Part shown: positions 1 to 10,211 of the stretch, piece after piece
How the letters are laid out: every line of letters starts with the position of its first letter
Numbering within the stretch: position 1 is the stretch's first letter
Source: Nitrospirota bacterium
GTDB taxonomy: Bacteria > Nitrospirota > Thermodesulfovibrionia > UBA6902 > DSMQ01
Assembly (NCBI GenBank): GCA_016208855.1
Contig: JACQXF010000057.1
Location: 1-55,196, forward strand
Length of the DNA stretch: 55,196 nucleotides
Direction: 5' to 3'
Notes under the pieces: generated by a model
The model's database searches: none
What the model was told of the DNA's origin: nothing
What the model saw: the letters and a program-made list of their open reading frames with translations, nothing else
Translations under genes and position numbers: made by a program

Positions 1-985
1 CGACATCCTTGCCCTTTTCAAGAAGCCTTTTCATGAAGTGCCTTAGGCCGTTTGCGCTTGTGAATATAAGATAGTTGTAAGTCTCTATCCTGCCTATTGC
101 TTCGTCAAGCTCCTTATAACTTGCTGGAGGCGCTATCTGTATTGTTGGAAATTCAAATATCTCTGCGCCAAGGTCTTCAAGCGGCTCATAGTCTTCTGTG
201 TATTCCCTTGTGACTAAAATCCTTTGGCCAAACAGAGGCTTATTTTCATACCACTTTAATGTATCCCTCAGTTTAACCACATTGCCTATTACCATTACGG
301 CAGGGGGGCTGATTCCTTCATCCCTTACAGCGCCTGCAATATCTTTTAGCGTGCTTACAACAACCCTCTGGTCAGGCCTTGTTCCCCATCTTACCACTGC
401 CGCAGGCGTATCAGGAGGCTTGCCATGCCCTATAAGCTTTGAGGTAATGGCGCTGATGTTTTTAATGCCCATCAGAAAGACAAGCGTATCAAAACCGCTT
501 GCAAGCTTTGCCCAGTCTATTGTGCTTTCAGATTTTGCTACATCTTCATTGCCTGTAATAACAGCAAAAGACGACGAGTATTTTCTGTGTGTCAGAGGGA
601 TTCCTGCATACGCAGGGGCTGCTACTGCGGAACTCACGCCAGGGATTACCTCAAATTCAATGCCTTCCTTTACGAGGTCTTCTGCCTCTTCACCGCCCCG
701 GCCAAATACAAAAGGGTCTCCGCCTTTAAGCCTGCATACGACCTTGCCCTCTTTTGCCTTATCCACGAGCGCCCTGTTAATCTCTTCCTGAGTCATTGCG
801 TGCAGGCCGCCGCGCTTGCCAGCGTAAATAAATTCAGCATCGTGCTTTATGTAATTAAGAAGATGAGGGTTCAGATGAAAGTCATAGACAACAACCTCTG
901 CCTTTTGCAGGCACTTAAGCCCTTTTATCGTAAAAAGCCCTATATCCCCGGGCCCTGCGCCGATTATATAAACCTTGCCTTTCAT
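1..985 (-). CDS. cobA: Uroporphyrinogen-III C-methyltransferase fused to uroporphyrinogen-III synthase (CobA/HemD); 3' end runs off the window
   Basis: Absent from the ORF track because it is open to the window edge. My minus-strand translation from ATG 985..983 gives MKGKVYIIGAGPGDIGLFTIKGL...RLKGGDPFVFGRGGEE...IPGVSS (TP_methylase motifs), then ...KPLFGQRILVTRE... (HemD-like). The + ORFs 198..791 and 587..1093 are antisense shadows. Confidence 0.85.
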   Translation of the reverse strand, partial: MKGKVYIIGAGPGDIGLFTIKGLKCLQKAEVVVYDFHLNPHLLNYIKHDAEFIYAGKRGGLHAMTQEEINRALVDKAKEGKVVCRLKGGDPFVFGRGGEEAEDLVKEGIEFEVIPGVSSAVAAPAYAGIPLTHRKYSSSFAVITGNEDVAKSESTIDWAKLASGFDTLVFLMGIKNISAITSKLIGHGKPPDTPAAVVRWGTRPDQRVVVSTLKDIAGAVRDEGISPPAVMVIGNVVKLRDTLKWYENKPLFGQRILVTREYTEDYEPLEDLGAEIFEFPTIQIAPPASYKELDEAIGRIETYNYLIFTSANGLRHFMKRLLEKGKDV

Positions 986-1237
986 TGTTTAGGGTCTTCT
1001 GGAAAGAGTGTGGGTGATTTTTTGCATTTTTATATCTCAGGCAACATACAAGTTAGTATTTTTGGTTCTTCCGACATTTCTGTGGGTATATAATTAGAGT
1101 CTGTTTATAAACTCAACATTAAGACGTCATTACCACAATTTACATGCCATAAGGTATTACCCGAATACATTGTGATGGATTATTAGCCTCTAATCATGAT
1201 ACTTGTATTACAAGGTAATACCTAAGGGGGTTATATT

Positions 1238-1360
1238 ATGGCATCAAGGCAAAATGCTGACCTTATAATTACCGGAGACAAACATCTTTTAAATTTAGAA
1301 CCATTTGAAAATATCGGCATCCCAAATGTTGCAGGATTTTTATATTCGTTGTCTGATTGA
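1238..1360 (+). pseudogene. PIN-domain (VapC-like) C-terminal remnant, 40 codons
   Basis: ATG 1238, TGA 1358..1360. MASRQNADLIITGDKHLLNLEPFENIGIPNVAGFLYSLSD resembles only the C-terminal ...TGDKxLL... end of PIN toxins. The N-terminal two thirds are missing. Confidence 0.45.
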
Positions 1361-1366
1361 TCTTCT

Positions 1367-1408
1367 CTGTAGCAAGCTGCAGGGAATACGCTCACTATCC
1401 ATTTAACT
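1367..1408. repeat. REP-like unit (hairpin with caag loop + gaatacgctcRctWtccatttaa tail)
   Basis: ctgtagcaagctgcagg-gaatacgctcactatccatttaa closely matches cccgtggcaagaccacgggg-aatacgctcgctttccatttaa at 25788..25830. Confidence 0.6.
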
Positions 1409-1453
1409 TAAGGGTGCGGTCAATACTCCTATCGGCGGGCGTCAATCTGCGGT

Positions 1454-2623
1454 TTACAGCATAAAACCGTATATGATATTTTCAATTTCGCTGAATTTCT
1501 TTGAGACTATCTTAAAGTCCTCTATATTCAACTGTGTAGAGAGCCCCTTAAGAGCGCTTAAGTCTGAGGGTCTTGGATTAACTTTTACTTCGTATGCTGT
1601 TTTTTTATTTAGGATAAAATCAATCTCTGCTCCGCTTTTTCTCTGATAGTAGTTAAGTTCGCCCTTAAGCCTTAGATTTTGAAACACGCTGTTTTCAAAA
1701 AGCCTTCCTGTATCTAAATTTGCAAAGTGATTAGCAAGTCCTGTGTCGCACAGATAAACCTTTGGCGTCTTTCTAAGCTCAGAACTTTTCCCCATGCTAA
1801 ACGGTTTTATAGATTTAATAAAATACGTGCCTTCTAAAAAAGCAATATATTCGTTTAGCGTTGGGCGTGAAATGCCGAGGTCGCTTGCAATTTTCTGGAC
1901 GTCCAGCTTTGAGCCTATACGCTGCATTAGAAGAAGCATTAAATCGCGAATTACATTGTTCTTGCGGAAATCTCCAATCTGCATGATTTCAAGCTGAAAG
2001 AAAGAGGTGAATATATCCTCCAGTGTCTTTTTCTTTTCATCTATGCTTGTTTTTAAAACAACGCCCGGGAAACCTCCAAAGGTCATATATTCGTCATACA
2101 GTAAAGATATTGATTCAAACTCTGTGCGGGTTATATGTTTTGCCTCATCAGGCATCTTGAAAGAACTTTCTTTGAATACAAGAAACTCCCTAAAGGTTAA
2201 CGGGAAGATCTCAAAAATGTACTTCCTCCCGGCGAGCGATTCTGTAAAAAGATTTTTTAGGTAAAAACTTGCAGAACCTGTCAGAAAGAACTTTGCTTTA
2301 TAGTGATCAATAAAATACTTAACAATTGACGGCAGGTTTCTTACAAATTGTATCTCGTCTAAAAATATAAAAGCCCTATGGGTAAAATCAACTCCAAGAA
2401 ATTCAAGCGATGCCTTAATCCTATCGTAGTTTTCTTCCTCAAGATATTTTCTGTTCAACGGATTTTCAAGGTCTAAAAAAAGCTTGTTTTTTGTCTGGAT
2501 TTCGCTGTATATGCCCTGAAGAAGCGTGGTTTTGCCTGTCCGCCGCATTCCAGTAACAATAATTGCCTCTGAAGCGTCAATATACTTTTTAATCTCTCTT
2601 AGTATTATTCGCGACTTTATCAT
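1454..2623 (-). CDS. AAA+ ATPase of the AAA_14/DUF4143 type, function unknown
   Basis: Walker A GMRRTGKTT and Walker B FIFLDEIQ, with the length and layout typical of DUF4143 ATPases. The ORF track starts at TTG 2659. I prefer ATG 2623 (MIKSRIILREIKKY...). Confidence 0.8.
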   Translation of the reverse strand: MIKSRIILREIKKYIDASEAIIVTGMRRTGKTTLLQGIYSEIQTKNKLFLDLENPLNRKYLEEENYDRIKASLEFLGVDFTHRAFIFLDEIQFVRNLPSIVKYFIDHYKAKFFLTGSASFYLKNLFTESLAGRKYIFEIFPLTFREFLVFKESSFKMPDEAKHITRTEFESISLLYDEYMTFGGFPGVVLKTSIDEKKKTLEDIFTSFFQLEIMQIGDFRKNNVIRDLMLLLMQRIGSKLDVQKIASDLGISRPTLNEYIAFLEGTYFIKSIKPFSMGKSSELRKTPKVYLCDTGLANHFANLDTGRLFENSVFQNLRLKGELNYYQRKSGAEIDFILNKKTAYEVKVNPRPSDLSALKGLSTQLNIEDFKIVSKKFSEIENIIYGFML

Positions 2624-2730
2624 AAATATTACTTTACAAAAAGTAAGACTATTTGTCAAATATAATTTATCATATGGTATTAATACTCGCCATGGAAAGT
2701 CAAAAAATCAATAGGTTAGCGGATTATTTT

Positions 2731-2782
2731 ACATACAGCCCCTTATTCCCCCTTAACAAAGGGGGAATAAGGGGCTGTATGT
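2731..2782. repeat. Perfect 22-bp-stem palindrome (acatacagccccttattccccc / loop ttaacaaa)
   Basis: Arms 2731..2752 and 2761..2782 are exact reverse complements. It belongs to the C4-6...G4-6 core family also seen at 30363..30400, 40007..40037, 41303..41355, 42036..42120 and 47197..47234. It lies just downstream of murA. Confidence 0.85.
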
Positions 2783-2906
2783 CTGAACAAGCAAAAGCCT
2801 CGGAGGCAGGCTGGATGCCTGCCGAGAATGAGACGAAAAATTAGACCCATCAGGTGTTAAGTATGCTTATGAAAAATGCGGGTTGGTTAGATTATACATT
2901 GACATC

Positions 2907-4157
2907 TTACTTCACCCTTCTTATCCTTGCGCCAAGGGGCTTGAGTTTCTCCTCTATCTTTTCATAGCCCCTGTCAAGGTGATATACCCTGTCAACAATG
3001 GTTGTGCCTTTTGCAGCAAGCCCTGCAATAACAAGCGATGCAGATGCCCTTAAATCAGTCGCCATAACAGGCGCGCCTGTTAAAGACGGAATGCCCCTGA
3101 CAGTTGCTAAAGAGCCCTGTATTTTTATATCAGCGCCCATTCTTTTCAGCTCTGCCACATGCATAAACCTGTTCTCAAATATGCTCTCTGTAATAAGGCT
3201 TGTGCCCTCCGCAATAGACATCAATGCCATAAACTGAGCCTGCATATCAGTAGGAAATCCCGGATATGGCATAGTCTTTACGTCCACAGGCCTAAGCTTC
3301 CCGGGAGCCTTGAACACTATGCCGTCCGCCTCTTCATTAATAGTCAGCCCCGCCTCTTTAAGCTTAATTATCACAGAGTCAAGATGGGGGAAATTACAGT
3401 TTTTAATCTTTATCTCGCCGCCTGTGATGCCGGCTGCAGCCATAAATGTTCCAGTCTCAATCCTGTCGGGTATCACGCTGTAGTTCAGGGGCTTAAGACT
3501 GCTTATGCCTCTTATCTTAATTACGCTTGTACCTGCGCCCTGAATATCTGCGCCCATTGATATTAATGCATTTGCAAGATCAACCACCTCAGGCTCCATT
3601 GCAGCGTTTTCAAGCACGGTCGTCCCCTCTGCAAGACACGCTGCCATCATCAGATTCTCTGTGCCTGTTACAGTGATAGTATCAAAGTAAATAGTTGCGC
3701 CTTTAAGCCTCTTTGCCCTTACCACTGCATATCCTTCTGTCAGCTCTACTTCTGCGCCCATTTTTGTAAGCCCCATAAGATGCAGGTTTATAGGCCTTGC
3801 GCCAATGGCGCATCCTCCTGGAAGCGACACCTTTGCCTCGCCCATCCTTGCCACAAGCGGCCCCAGGACGAGCACAGAGGCGCGCATTGTCTTTACAAGG
3901 TCATAAGGCGCGTCTATTGAGGTTATGTTTTCTGCTTGGAGAGAGACCTTGCCGTCTTCAATATGAAAGCCGATTCCAAGATGGGCAAGGAGTGCGCCCA
4001 TAGTTGTAATGTCTTTAAGGCGCGGAATATTGGATATAATGCTTTCTCCGGAGGCAAGTATTGCGGCTGTCATTATGGGAAGAGCGGCATTTTTTGCCCC
4101 GCCTATTGTTACTTCTCCATTTAACCGTATACCGCCTTCAATTATTAACTTATCCAC
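2907..4157 (-). CDS. murA: UDP-N-acetylglucosamine 1-carboxyvinyltransferase
   Basis: 416 aa, full-length MurA-like ([24 protein letters not shown]...). GTG start at 4157. Overlaps the prmC stop. Confidence 0.95.
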   Translation of the reverse strand: MDKLIIEGGIRLNGEVTIGGAKNAALPIMTAAILASGESIISNIPRLKDITTMGALLAHLGIGFHIEDGKVSLQAENITSIDAPYDLVKTMRASVLVLGPLVARMGEAKVSLPGGCAIGARPINLHLMGLTKMGAEVELTEGYAVVRAKRLKGATIYFDTITVTGTENLMMAACLAEGTTVLENAAMEPEVVDLANALISMGADIQGAGTSVIKIRGISSLKPLNYSVIPDRIETGTFMAAAGITGGEIKIKNCNFPHLDSVIIKLKEAGLTINEEADGIVFKAPGKLRPVDVKTMPYPGFPTDMQAQFMALMSIAEGTSLITESIFENRFMHVAELKRMGADIKIQGSLATVRGIPSLTGAPVMATDLRASASLVIAGLAAKGTTIVDRVYHLDRGYEKIEEKLKPLGARIRRVK

Positions 4158-5055
4158 TGCATGCCTTCTTCTTTGCCTTTATTATCCTCTCAACTTTAGC
4201 GTAGTCCTTTATAATCTCTACGTCCGAATATCCTGAAGATTCCATTATCCCTGCGATATCTTGAGCCTGTCCCATGCCGGCCTCAAGCATGAGAGTACCG
4301 CCTTCTTTAAGAAGTCTCACAGAGGCAGGTATCAATTTTCTGTATATGCTTAAACCGTCTTCTCCACCATCAAGGGCTATTATTGGCTCCCAATTTTTTA
4401 TCTCTGGCTGAAGGTTCTTTATGTCTGCCCTCCTTATATAAGGGGGGTTGGAGATAATTAAATCAAAACTCAGCGGCGAACAGGCATCAGTAAACAATTC
4501 CCCCATTGGTTTTAACACGTCTCCATTTAAGAAGGCAATATTGCTGACTCTGTTTATTACGGCATTAGTCTTAGCATAGCGTAATGCCTCCCCGGATATA
4601 TCAACACCGCAGACAAAGGCGCGTGGGAACTCCCTCGCAATTGATATCGCAATACAGCCCGAGCCTGTACATAAATCAAGAACATCTAAGCTAACGTGAG
4701 AGGAGAACCCTTTTATGCCTGACGCCTGATGCCTGAGAGTCTTTATAGCCTCTTCCGCAAGAAGCTCTGTCTCAGGCCTGGGGATTAAAACGCCCTCTCC
4801 AACTATAAGGTTAAGCCCTAAGAACTCCTCATACCCGAGGATATACTGAAGCGGCTCATACCCGAGCCTTCTTTGGAGCATCTCCTTTAGAGAGCCTGCT
4901 TCCTCCTCGGTAAATTCAGGATTGTCCCTGAATATTTCTGTAGTATCAATATCAAGACAATGCCTTATCAGTATCTCTGCCTCTTTCTCTGCTGATTCTA
5001 CCCCGTGATGTTTAAGAGTCTTTGCAGTATCATGCAATATATTAAGCGCCTTCAT
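4150..5055 (-). CDS. prmC: Release-factor glutamine N5-methyltransferase (HemK/PrmC)
   Basis: NPPY motif (IISNPPYI) and SAM loop [11 protein letters not shown]. Sits directly downstream of prfA. Confidence 0.9.
   Translation of the reverse strand: MKALNILHDTAKTLKHHGVESAEKEAEILIRHCLDIDTTEIFRDNPEFTEEEAGSLKEMLQRRLGYEPLQYILGYEEFLGLNLIVGEGVLIPRPETELLAEEAIKTLRHQASGIKGFSSHVSLDVLDLCTGSGCIAISIAREFPRAFVCGVDISGEALRYAKTNAVINRVSNIAFLNGDVLKPMGELFTDACSPLSFDLIISNPPYIRRADIKNLQPEIKNWEPIIALDGGEDGLSIYRKLIPASVRLLKEGGTLMLEAGMGQAQDIAGIMESSGYSDVEIIKDYAKVERIIKAKKKACSG
4717..4737. repeat. Three tandem heptamers (gcctgac gcctgat gcctgag) in frame inside prmC
   Basis: 21 nt, which is 7 codons. It is the only heptamer-type coding insert I saw outside the 25-55 kb region. 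Confidence 0.5.
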
Positions 5056-5062
5056 TTTATTT

Positions 5063-6130
5063 TTATAACTCCTTCAGCTTCTCAGCCTGATAGTGTGTAG
5101 TGAGGCTATCAATAATCTCGTCAATGTCGCCTTCAATAACCATCCCGAGCTTATGCAGCGTAAGTCCTATCCTATGGTCTGTCACCCTGTTTTGAGGAAA
5201 GTTGTATGTGCGTATCTTCTCGCTTCGGTCTCCTGTGCCTACCTGAGATTTTCTTGCGTCAGCCAGCTCCTTTTCCTGCTTCTCCATCTCTACCTCATAG
5301 AGCCTTGAACGGAGAACCTTCATGGCCTTTTCCCTGTTTTTTATCTGCGAACGGCTGTCCTGGCACTGCACTATCAGCCCTGTCGGGATATGAACAATCC
5401 TGACTGCTGAATATGTTGTGTTTACTCCCTGACCGCCGGGGCCTGATGCACAGAATGTATCAACCCTCAGGTCTTTTTCCTCTACCTTGACATCCACATC
5501 CTCAGCCTCAGGAAGCACCGCAACCGTGGCAGTAGAGGTATGAACCCTGCCGGATGTCTCTGTCTGAGGGACTCTCTGCACCCTGTGAACCCCGCTTTCG
5601 TATTTAAGGCGGCTGTATGCGCCTTTACCCTGAATAGAGGCTACTACCTCTTTTAACCCGCCAAGCCCTGTGGAACTGATATCTATTACCTCAACCTTCC
5701 ATCTTTTTGCTTCTGCATATTTTGAGTACATCCTGAAAAGCTCTGAGGCAAAAAGCGCTGCCTCCTCGCCTCCGGCGCCTGCCCTTATCTCAAGAAAGAT
5801 ATTCTTCTCATCCCTCGGATCCTTTGGTACAAGCATAAGCTTCAGCTTATCCTCAAGCCCCGGCTTCTTCCCTTTAAGCTCCAGAAGCTCCGCCTCTGCA
5901 AGCTCTTTCAGCCCGTCTTCTCCGCCAGCAGATAAGATTTCCTCTGCCTCTTTTATATCAGAAATGAGCTTTTTATATTCCCTGAACTTTTTCACAAGCT
6001 CCGATATCTCCGCCTGCTCCTTTGTGTACTTCTGATATACAGTAAAGTCCGAGAATACGGCAGGGTCGCTCAGAAGCCTTGTAAGCTCCTCGTATTTGTT
6101 TTCTATTGTCTCAAGTTTTTCAAGTAACAT
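5063..6130 (-). CDS. prfA: Peptide chain release factor 1
   Basis: GGQ motif ([11 protein letters not shown]) and RF1-type PxT tripeptide (PQT). 355 aa. Confidence 0.95.
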   Translation of the reverse strand: MLLEKLETIENKYEELTRLLSDPAVFSDFTVYQKYTKEQAEISELVKKFREYKKLISDIKEAEEILSAGGEDGLKELAEAELLELKGKKPGLEDKLKLMLVPKDPRDEKNIFLEIRAGAGGEEAALFASELFRMYSKYAEAKRWKVEVIDISSTGLGGLKEVVASIQGKGAYSRLKYESGVHRVQRVPQTETSGRVHTSTATVAVLPEAEDVDVKVEEKDLRVDTFCASGPGGQGVNTTYSAVRIVHIPTGLIVQCQDSRSQIKNREKAMKVLRSRLYEVEMEKQEKELADARKSQVGTGDRSEKIRTYNFPQNRVTDHRIGLTLHKLGMVIEGDIDEIIDSLTTHYQAEKLKEL

Positions 6131-6157
6131 AGTAAGTTAACCTCAAAAAGTACATTT

Positions 6158-6322
6158 AATGTGGCATGGATGCCTGAAAAAGCTCTATTCGCAACTCCTC
6201 AGCATGTCAGTACATAATCAGTAAGTTCATTAACTTATGCAAAGACCTATATAAAGATTATGTAATGACATGCATCAAATCCTGTTGCTTTATAGAGGTT
6301 TTGAAGGCATTCATGCCACGTT
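6158..6322. mobile_element. MITE-like element, family B, copy 1 (~165 bp, ~30-bp terminal inverted repeats)
   Basis: Left end aatgtggcatggatgcctgaaaaagctctat; right end reverse complement aacgtggcatgaatgccttcaaaacctctat. About 80% identical by eye to 29731..29896. Confidence 0.75.
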
Positions 6323-6335
6323 ATTTCCTCCAACA

Positions 6336-6378
6336 AATAAAAAAAGGAAACTCATATAAAAATTACGGATGAGTTTCC
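6336..6378 (-). terminator. Rho-independent terminator downstream of rpmE
   Basis: On the minus strand: stem ggaaactcat (6369..6378 rc) / atgagtttcc (6346..6355 rc), followed by a T7-8 run (A run 6338..6345 on +). Confidence 0.75.
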
Positions 6379-6397
6379 TTTTAGTCCCTCAGTACAG

Positions 6398-6601
6398 CTA
6401 ATTTTTCTTTGCGTATTTCTTTTTGAACTTCTCAACCCTTCCTTCAGCGTCAATAAGCTTCTGCTTGCCGGTAAAGAACGGGTGACACTTAGAGCATATA
6501 TCTACATGGATTGTAGGCTTTATTGATTTTGTCGTAAAGCTCTCCCCGCATGCACATACTGCCTTTGCATCTTTGTATACAGGATGAATTCCCTCTTTCA
6601 C
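6398..6601 (-). CDS. rpmE: 50S ribosomal protein L31
   Basis: (M)[10 protein letters not shown]...CACG...[14 protein letters not shown]...[13 protein letters not shown] 6601 has a GGAGG 7 nt upstream. The ORF track starts 2 codons earlier at TTG 6607. Confidence 0.95.
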   Translation of the reverse strand: MKEGIHPVYKDAKAVCACGESFTTKSIKPTIHVDICSKCHPFFTGKQKLIDAEGRVEKFKKKYAKKN

Positions 6602-6724
6602 AACCAACCTCCGTTAAGTTTTTAATTAATAGAATATTGGGCCTGAATGCTTGCAAACTTGTTAGCTTTTTAGCCCCAATGAAGTTTTATTAGGGATTAG
6701 GATAACAAAATACTAAGGATTTTT

Positions 6725-7057
6725 TCAATCATTCCGGGAAGAAGCAATAAACTGGACCCCTGCTTTTATGTCCGGCGCCTCTCCGGCTGTCCACCTTACT
6801 ACACCCACAGGGTTTACTGCAGCAATCTCAGAGTCATTAAATTTAAGGACATGGCCTTCTTCCAGCGGAAAGCTTGTGGCAAGGCATGCGCCCCCCCTGC
6901 TTATATCAATACACTTGCCCTCTGCTGATAATTTTTTAAGTTCGTAAGATTCCAGCACAGTAAGTGAAAACCCAACAGGCAAATTACACACACCTCTTGG
7001 GTATTTTCTTCTGTCTGCAAAACTGCTTGAATGATTTATAATAACTCTGCCTTCCAT
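6725..7057 (-). CDS. PilZ domain protein (c-di-GMP receptor family)
   Basis: RxxxR (DRRKYPR) plus D/NxSxxG (DISRGGA) motif pair. 110 aa. Confidence 0.75.
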   Translation of the reverse strand: MEGRVIINHSSSFADRRKYPRGVCNLPVGFSLTVLESYELKKLSAEGKCIDISRGGACLATSFPLEEGHVLKFNDSEIAAVNPVGVVRWTAGEAPDIKAGVQFIASSRND

Positions 7058-7110
7058 TTCTTGATAGCTTCCCAGCCACAGGCTTACAAGCTTGTTAGCT
7101 TTCTCGCTTG

Positions 7111-8283
7111 TTATACAGAAGCAACCGCTTCTTCCTTCTTCAAACTTGCAGCCTTTCTCAATGCCGCCTCTTTAACCTCATTATAGTTGAATGTCCCGGT
7201 AATAGCGGTTACAGGGCATTTGGCCGTGCAAATACCGCAGCCTATGCATCTTTCCTGCTCTATAACATGCAGTTTCTTAGTCTCCCCGTGGGCTGCATTT
7301 ACAGGGCAGACCTTCATACATATACCGCAGCCTATACATTTTTCTGTAACAAAGGCCTTTGGCCTTCTTGGTATATAATCCAGTATAGCATGTGTAGGGC
7401 ACTTAGCCACACAAAGCCCGCAGACCTTGCACTTATCAATATTGATGCTGGAGAGGTTATTCTCTACTACCGGCGCATTATAAGGGCAGACCTTAACGCA
7501 GGCGCCGCAGGCAATGCAGCCTATATTGCAGTTCTTCCTCGTCTCTGCGCCCTTATCCCTTGAATGGCACCTTACAAGCACCTCTTTTTTGGCAGGCAGA
7601 ATCTCTATTACTTTTTTAGGACATGCCTGGGCGCATTTTCCGCAGGCTGTACATTTTTTGGGGTCCACAAGAGGGATATAATCCTCGCTCATTGTCATTG
7701 CATCAAAAGGACAGACCTTCACACAAGTCCCGTAGCCAAGACATCCGTAGCTGCAGGATTTATCTCCACCGCCTGCAAGTATGGCTGCCCGGCAGTCCTC
7801 TATGCCTTCATATTTAAATCTCTTTCCGGCCATGGAGATCCCGCCCTGACAGAATATTCGCGCTATGCGGGGCTCAAGCTCCTTTGCCTTCTTCCCTGTT
7901 ATCTGCGCCACTGCCATGGCTGTGGCAGCTCCGCCAGGGGTGCAGAGGTTCGGTGAAACATCGGGGTTAAGCACAACTGCCTCTGCATACTGCTGACAGC
8001 CTGCAAAGCCGCAGGCTCCGCAATGGGCATTTGCAAGAGTGCCAAGAACCTCTTCAATACGCGGGTCAAGCTTTACCGCAAACTTCTTTGCAGCAAAGGC
8101 AAGGCCGACACCAAATACAGCGCTTACGCCTGCTACAAATATCACTGTAAACTTCACTACCTGGGCTAAGTTTACATACTCCTTTGCCTCAACCGCCCCT
8201 CCAACGCCAAGCATGGGAAGAGGGATGTGGTTTATTAGCTCAATTAGGTCAAACAGTATTTTTGTAATGTTTAAATCAAACAT
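7111..8283 (-). CDS. rnfB: Rnf complex subunit B, extended poly-ferredoxin form
   Basis: N-terminal TM segment, CGACGFAGCQQYAEAV Fe-S motif, then multiple CxxCxxCxxxCP 4Fe-4S motifs. Last gene of the rnfCDGEAB order. Confidence 0.9.
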   Translation of the reverse strand: MFDLNITKILFDLIELINHIPLPMLGVGGAVEAKEYVNLAQVVKFTVIFVAGVSAVFGVGLAFAAKKFAVKLDPRIEEVLGTLANAHCGACGFAGCQQYAEAVVLNPDVSPNLCTPGGAATAMAVAQITGKKAKELEPRIARIFCQGGISMAGKRFKYEGIEDCRAAILAGGGDKSCSYGCLGYGTCVKVCPFDAMTMSEDYIPLVDPKKCTACGKCAQACPKKVIEILPAKKEVLVRCHSRDKGAETRKNCNIGCIACGACVKVCPYNAPVVENNLSSINIDKCKVCGLCVAKCPTHAILDYIPRRPKAFVTEKCIGCGICMKVCPVNAAHGETKKLHVIEQERCIGCGICTAKCPVTAITGTFNYNEVKEAALRKAASLKKEEAVASV

Positions 8284-8383
8284 GATACAACCTCTCTGGA
8301 TTCAAATGTTCAAATTTTTGCGATGATAATTTTGAAATTTATTGTTCACTTGAACCCTCTAACCCTTAAACCCTATGTTACTT

Positions 8384-8971
8384 TCACAACGTTATCAGCC
8401 CTGAAAACCCTGTGAATGCCAGGGCTATAAGCCCTGCAACCACAAAGGCTATCGGCAGCCCTCTAAAGGGCCTCGGCACATCAGCAAGCTCAAGCTTCTC
8501 CCTTATGCTTGCCATTATGGTAAGGGCAAGGGCGAATCCAAGTCCTGAGCCGAGGCCGAATGCCAGGGCCTCAATAAAGCTATAGCCTTCACCTGCATTT
8601 ATCAGGGGAACGGCAAGTATTATGCAGTTTGTTGTAATCAGGGCAAGGTAAATGCCAAGCTTATGATAAAGCACAGGGCTCGTCTTCTTCATAATAGTAT
8701 CCGCAGTCTGCACAAGCGCAGCGACGACCCCGATAAAAACAACTATCCTAAGAAATGTTATATCAAGCGGAACCATCAGCCCAAAAAATATAAGCCAGCT
8801 TACTGCTGCGCTGATAACCATTACTGAAACAAAGGTTATGCTCATTCCTACGGCAGTCTCCATCCTCTTTGAGACGCCAAAAAATATGCAAAGCCCCAGA
8901 AACCTTGTAAAGACAAAGTTGTTTATCAGTGATGCGGAGACTACTAATTCAAGAAGTTTGGTAAAATCCAT
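8384..8971 (-). CDS. rnfA: Rnf complex subunit A
   Basis: 195-aa polytopic membrane protein, ...SASLINNFVFTRFLGLC..., RnfA/NqrE-like. Confidence 0.9.
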   Translation of the reverse strand: MDFTKLLELVVSASLINNFVFTRFLGLCIFFGVSKRMETAVGMSITFVSVMVISAAVSWLIFFGLMVPLDITFLRIVVFIGVVAALVQTADTIMKKTSPVLYHKLGIYLALITTNCIILAVPLINAGEGYSFIEALAFGLGSGLGFALALTIMASIREKLELADVPRPFRGLPIAFVVAGLIALAFTGFSGLITL

Positions 8972-9013
8972 AATGCCTCCTCACTTTAACAGGAGCGTTG
9001 TAAACTACCAGCA

Positions 9014-9643
9014 TTAGTGCCCCCCGGCGCCTCCAGCGCCTTTGCCTCCAAAAAACCTTATATCAATCCAGTTGAAAAATCCCATAAGCAAACCAAATGC
9101 AAAAAATCCTCCTGCAGGCAGTACCATTATTAATAACGGTTTGCCTCCTGCAATATCCAATCCAAGGAGCGTGCCTTTTCCCAGAAGCTCTCTAAAAAAG
9201 CTTATTACTATCATTGCAAGCAAAAAGCCAAGCCCCATGCCGACCCCGTCCATCATTGAGGGAACTATCTTATTCTTACTTGCAAAAGACTCTGCCTTTG
9301 CAAGTATTGATGCAAAGGCAACTATAAGCTGTATGTATAACCCTATCTGTTTATAGGCTTCTCTTGCATAGGCTGCCATTGTCATATCTATAACGCTTAC
9401 CCATCCTGCTATGACAATCATGTATATAGGCAGTCTTATGCGCGGGTTGATAAACTGCCTTATGGAAGAAACTGTCATATTCACCATTACCTGAACAAAC
9501 AAAACAGCAACACCCATAAGGATGCCGTTCTTCATGCTCGCTGTAACGGCAATGGCAGGACAGAGACTTATAGCCATCCTGAAAAGGGTGTTCTCCTTAA
9601 ACATACCATTTTTTATTAATTCCCAGTTAGTGCCCTGCTGCAT
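9014..9643 (-). CDS. rnfE: Rnf complex subunit E
   Basis: 209-aa membrane protein, NqrD/RnfE-like (...ENTLFRMAISLCPAIAVT...). Confidence 0.9.
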   Translation of the reverse strand: MQQGTNWELIKNGMFKENTLFRMAISLCPAIAVTASMKNGILMGVAVLFVQVMVNMTVSSIRQFINPRIRLPIYMIVIAGWVSVIDMTMAAYAREAYKQIGLYIQLIVAFASILAKAESFASKNKIVPSMMDGVGMGLGFLLAMIVISFFRELLGKGTLLGLDIAGGKPLLIMVLPAGGFFAFGLLMGFFNWIDIRFFGGKGAGGAGGH

Positions 9644-10211
9644 CTTTTGCCTCGCCTGATAACTTATCCCTGAGCGCCTTTACCCCGCTTCTAAGTCCGT
9701 CTTCTGTTACGGCCCTGCTTGATATGGTGGCTCCTGATATTGCCTGAATTTTATCCTTTGTCTCTTCTTTTACTATAACAAGATTATCAAGGGTCTTGCC
9801 ATTAAATTGCCTCAGAAAATAATCCTTCTCTATCTCGTCCCCTAAGCCCGGAGTCTCTGCATGGCTGAGGATGCTTACCTTTTTTAAAGTAAAGTTTTTA
9901 TCTACCGAGGCAAGCATGTTTATGTAACTTGAATAGCCCTTGCCAAAACTCTGAATAATGTAGCCAATCTCCTCATTGCCTTTTTTAGCAGTGTAGTATT
10001 CCGCATGCTTGCCGTGCGGCTCCCATGTGCCGGAGACCTCTATCTTATCAGCCTCAGGTATCATCTTTTTAAGCGCCCTCTCTTTTTCTTCCTTCTGCTT
10101 CACATACATTATCGGCGAGGCCTTTGCATAAACAAAGGCAAGGATCAATCCGCCGATAACATAAATAACGACAAGATTCAGCGTTACCTTTACTATATCT
10201 TTTGTGGTCAT
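9627..10211 (-). CDS. rnfG: Rnf complex subunit G (FMN-binding)
   Basis: N-terminal TM segment plus FMN_bind motif SGATISSRAV. Confidence 0.9.
   Translation of the reverse strand: MTTKDIVKVTLNLVVIYVIGGLILAFVYAKASPIMYVKQKEEKERALKKMIPEADKIEVSGTWEPHGKHAEYYTAKKGNEEIGYIIQSFGKGYSSYINMLASVDKNFTLKKVSILSHAETPGLGDEIEKDYFLRQFNGKTLDNLVIVKEETKDKIQAISGATISSRAVTEDGLRSGVKALRDKLSGEAKDAAGH

Noticed and set aside
198-1093. ORF-track + strand ORFs 198..791 and 587..1093
   Set aside because: Their compositions are low-complexity, and they lie antisense to a clearly homologous cobA-hemD gene on the minus strand. The same reasoning applies to most other + strand ORFs nested in minus-strand genes, such as 2998..3560, 5670..6035, 7108..7956, 23323..23725, 40665..41216 and 43311..44000.
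1150-1226. 10-bp inverted repeat aggtattacc / ggtaatacct upstream of the PIN stump
   Set aside because: It is short and AT-rich, separated by ~50 nt, and has no second copy or functional context.
2653-2844. 63-aa ORF across the 2731..2782 palindrome
   Set aside because: It is just the translation of a perfect palindromic repeat (PLNKGGIRGC...). It has no RBS and is intergenic.
6649-7104. Shared 23-mer (gcttRcaaRcttgttagcttt) at 6649..6671 and 7082..7104 as a common promoter or operator for rpmE and the PilZ gene
   Set aside because: The match is 20/23, but the -35/-10 spacing relative to the starts does not give convincing promoters. At the PilZ copy the -10-like hexamer is only 4 nt from the ATG. 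It may be just another short repeat.
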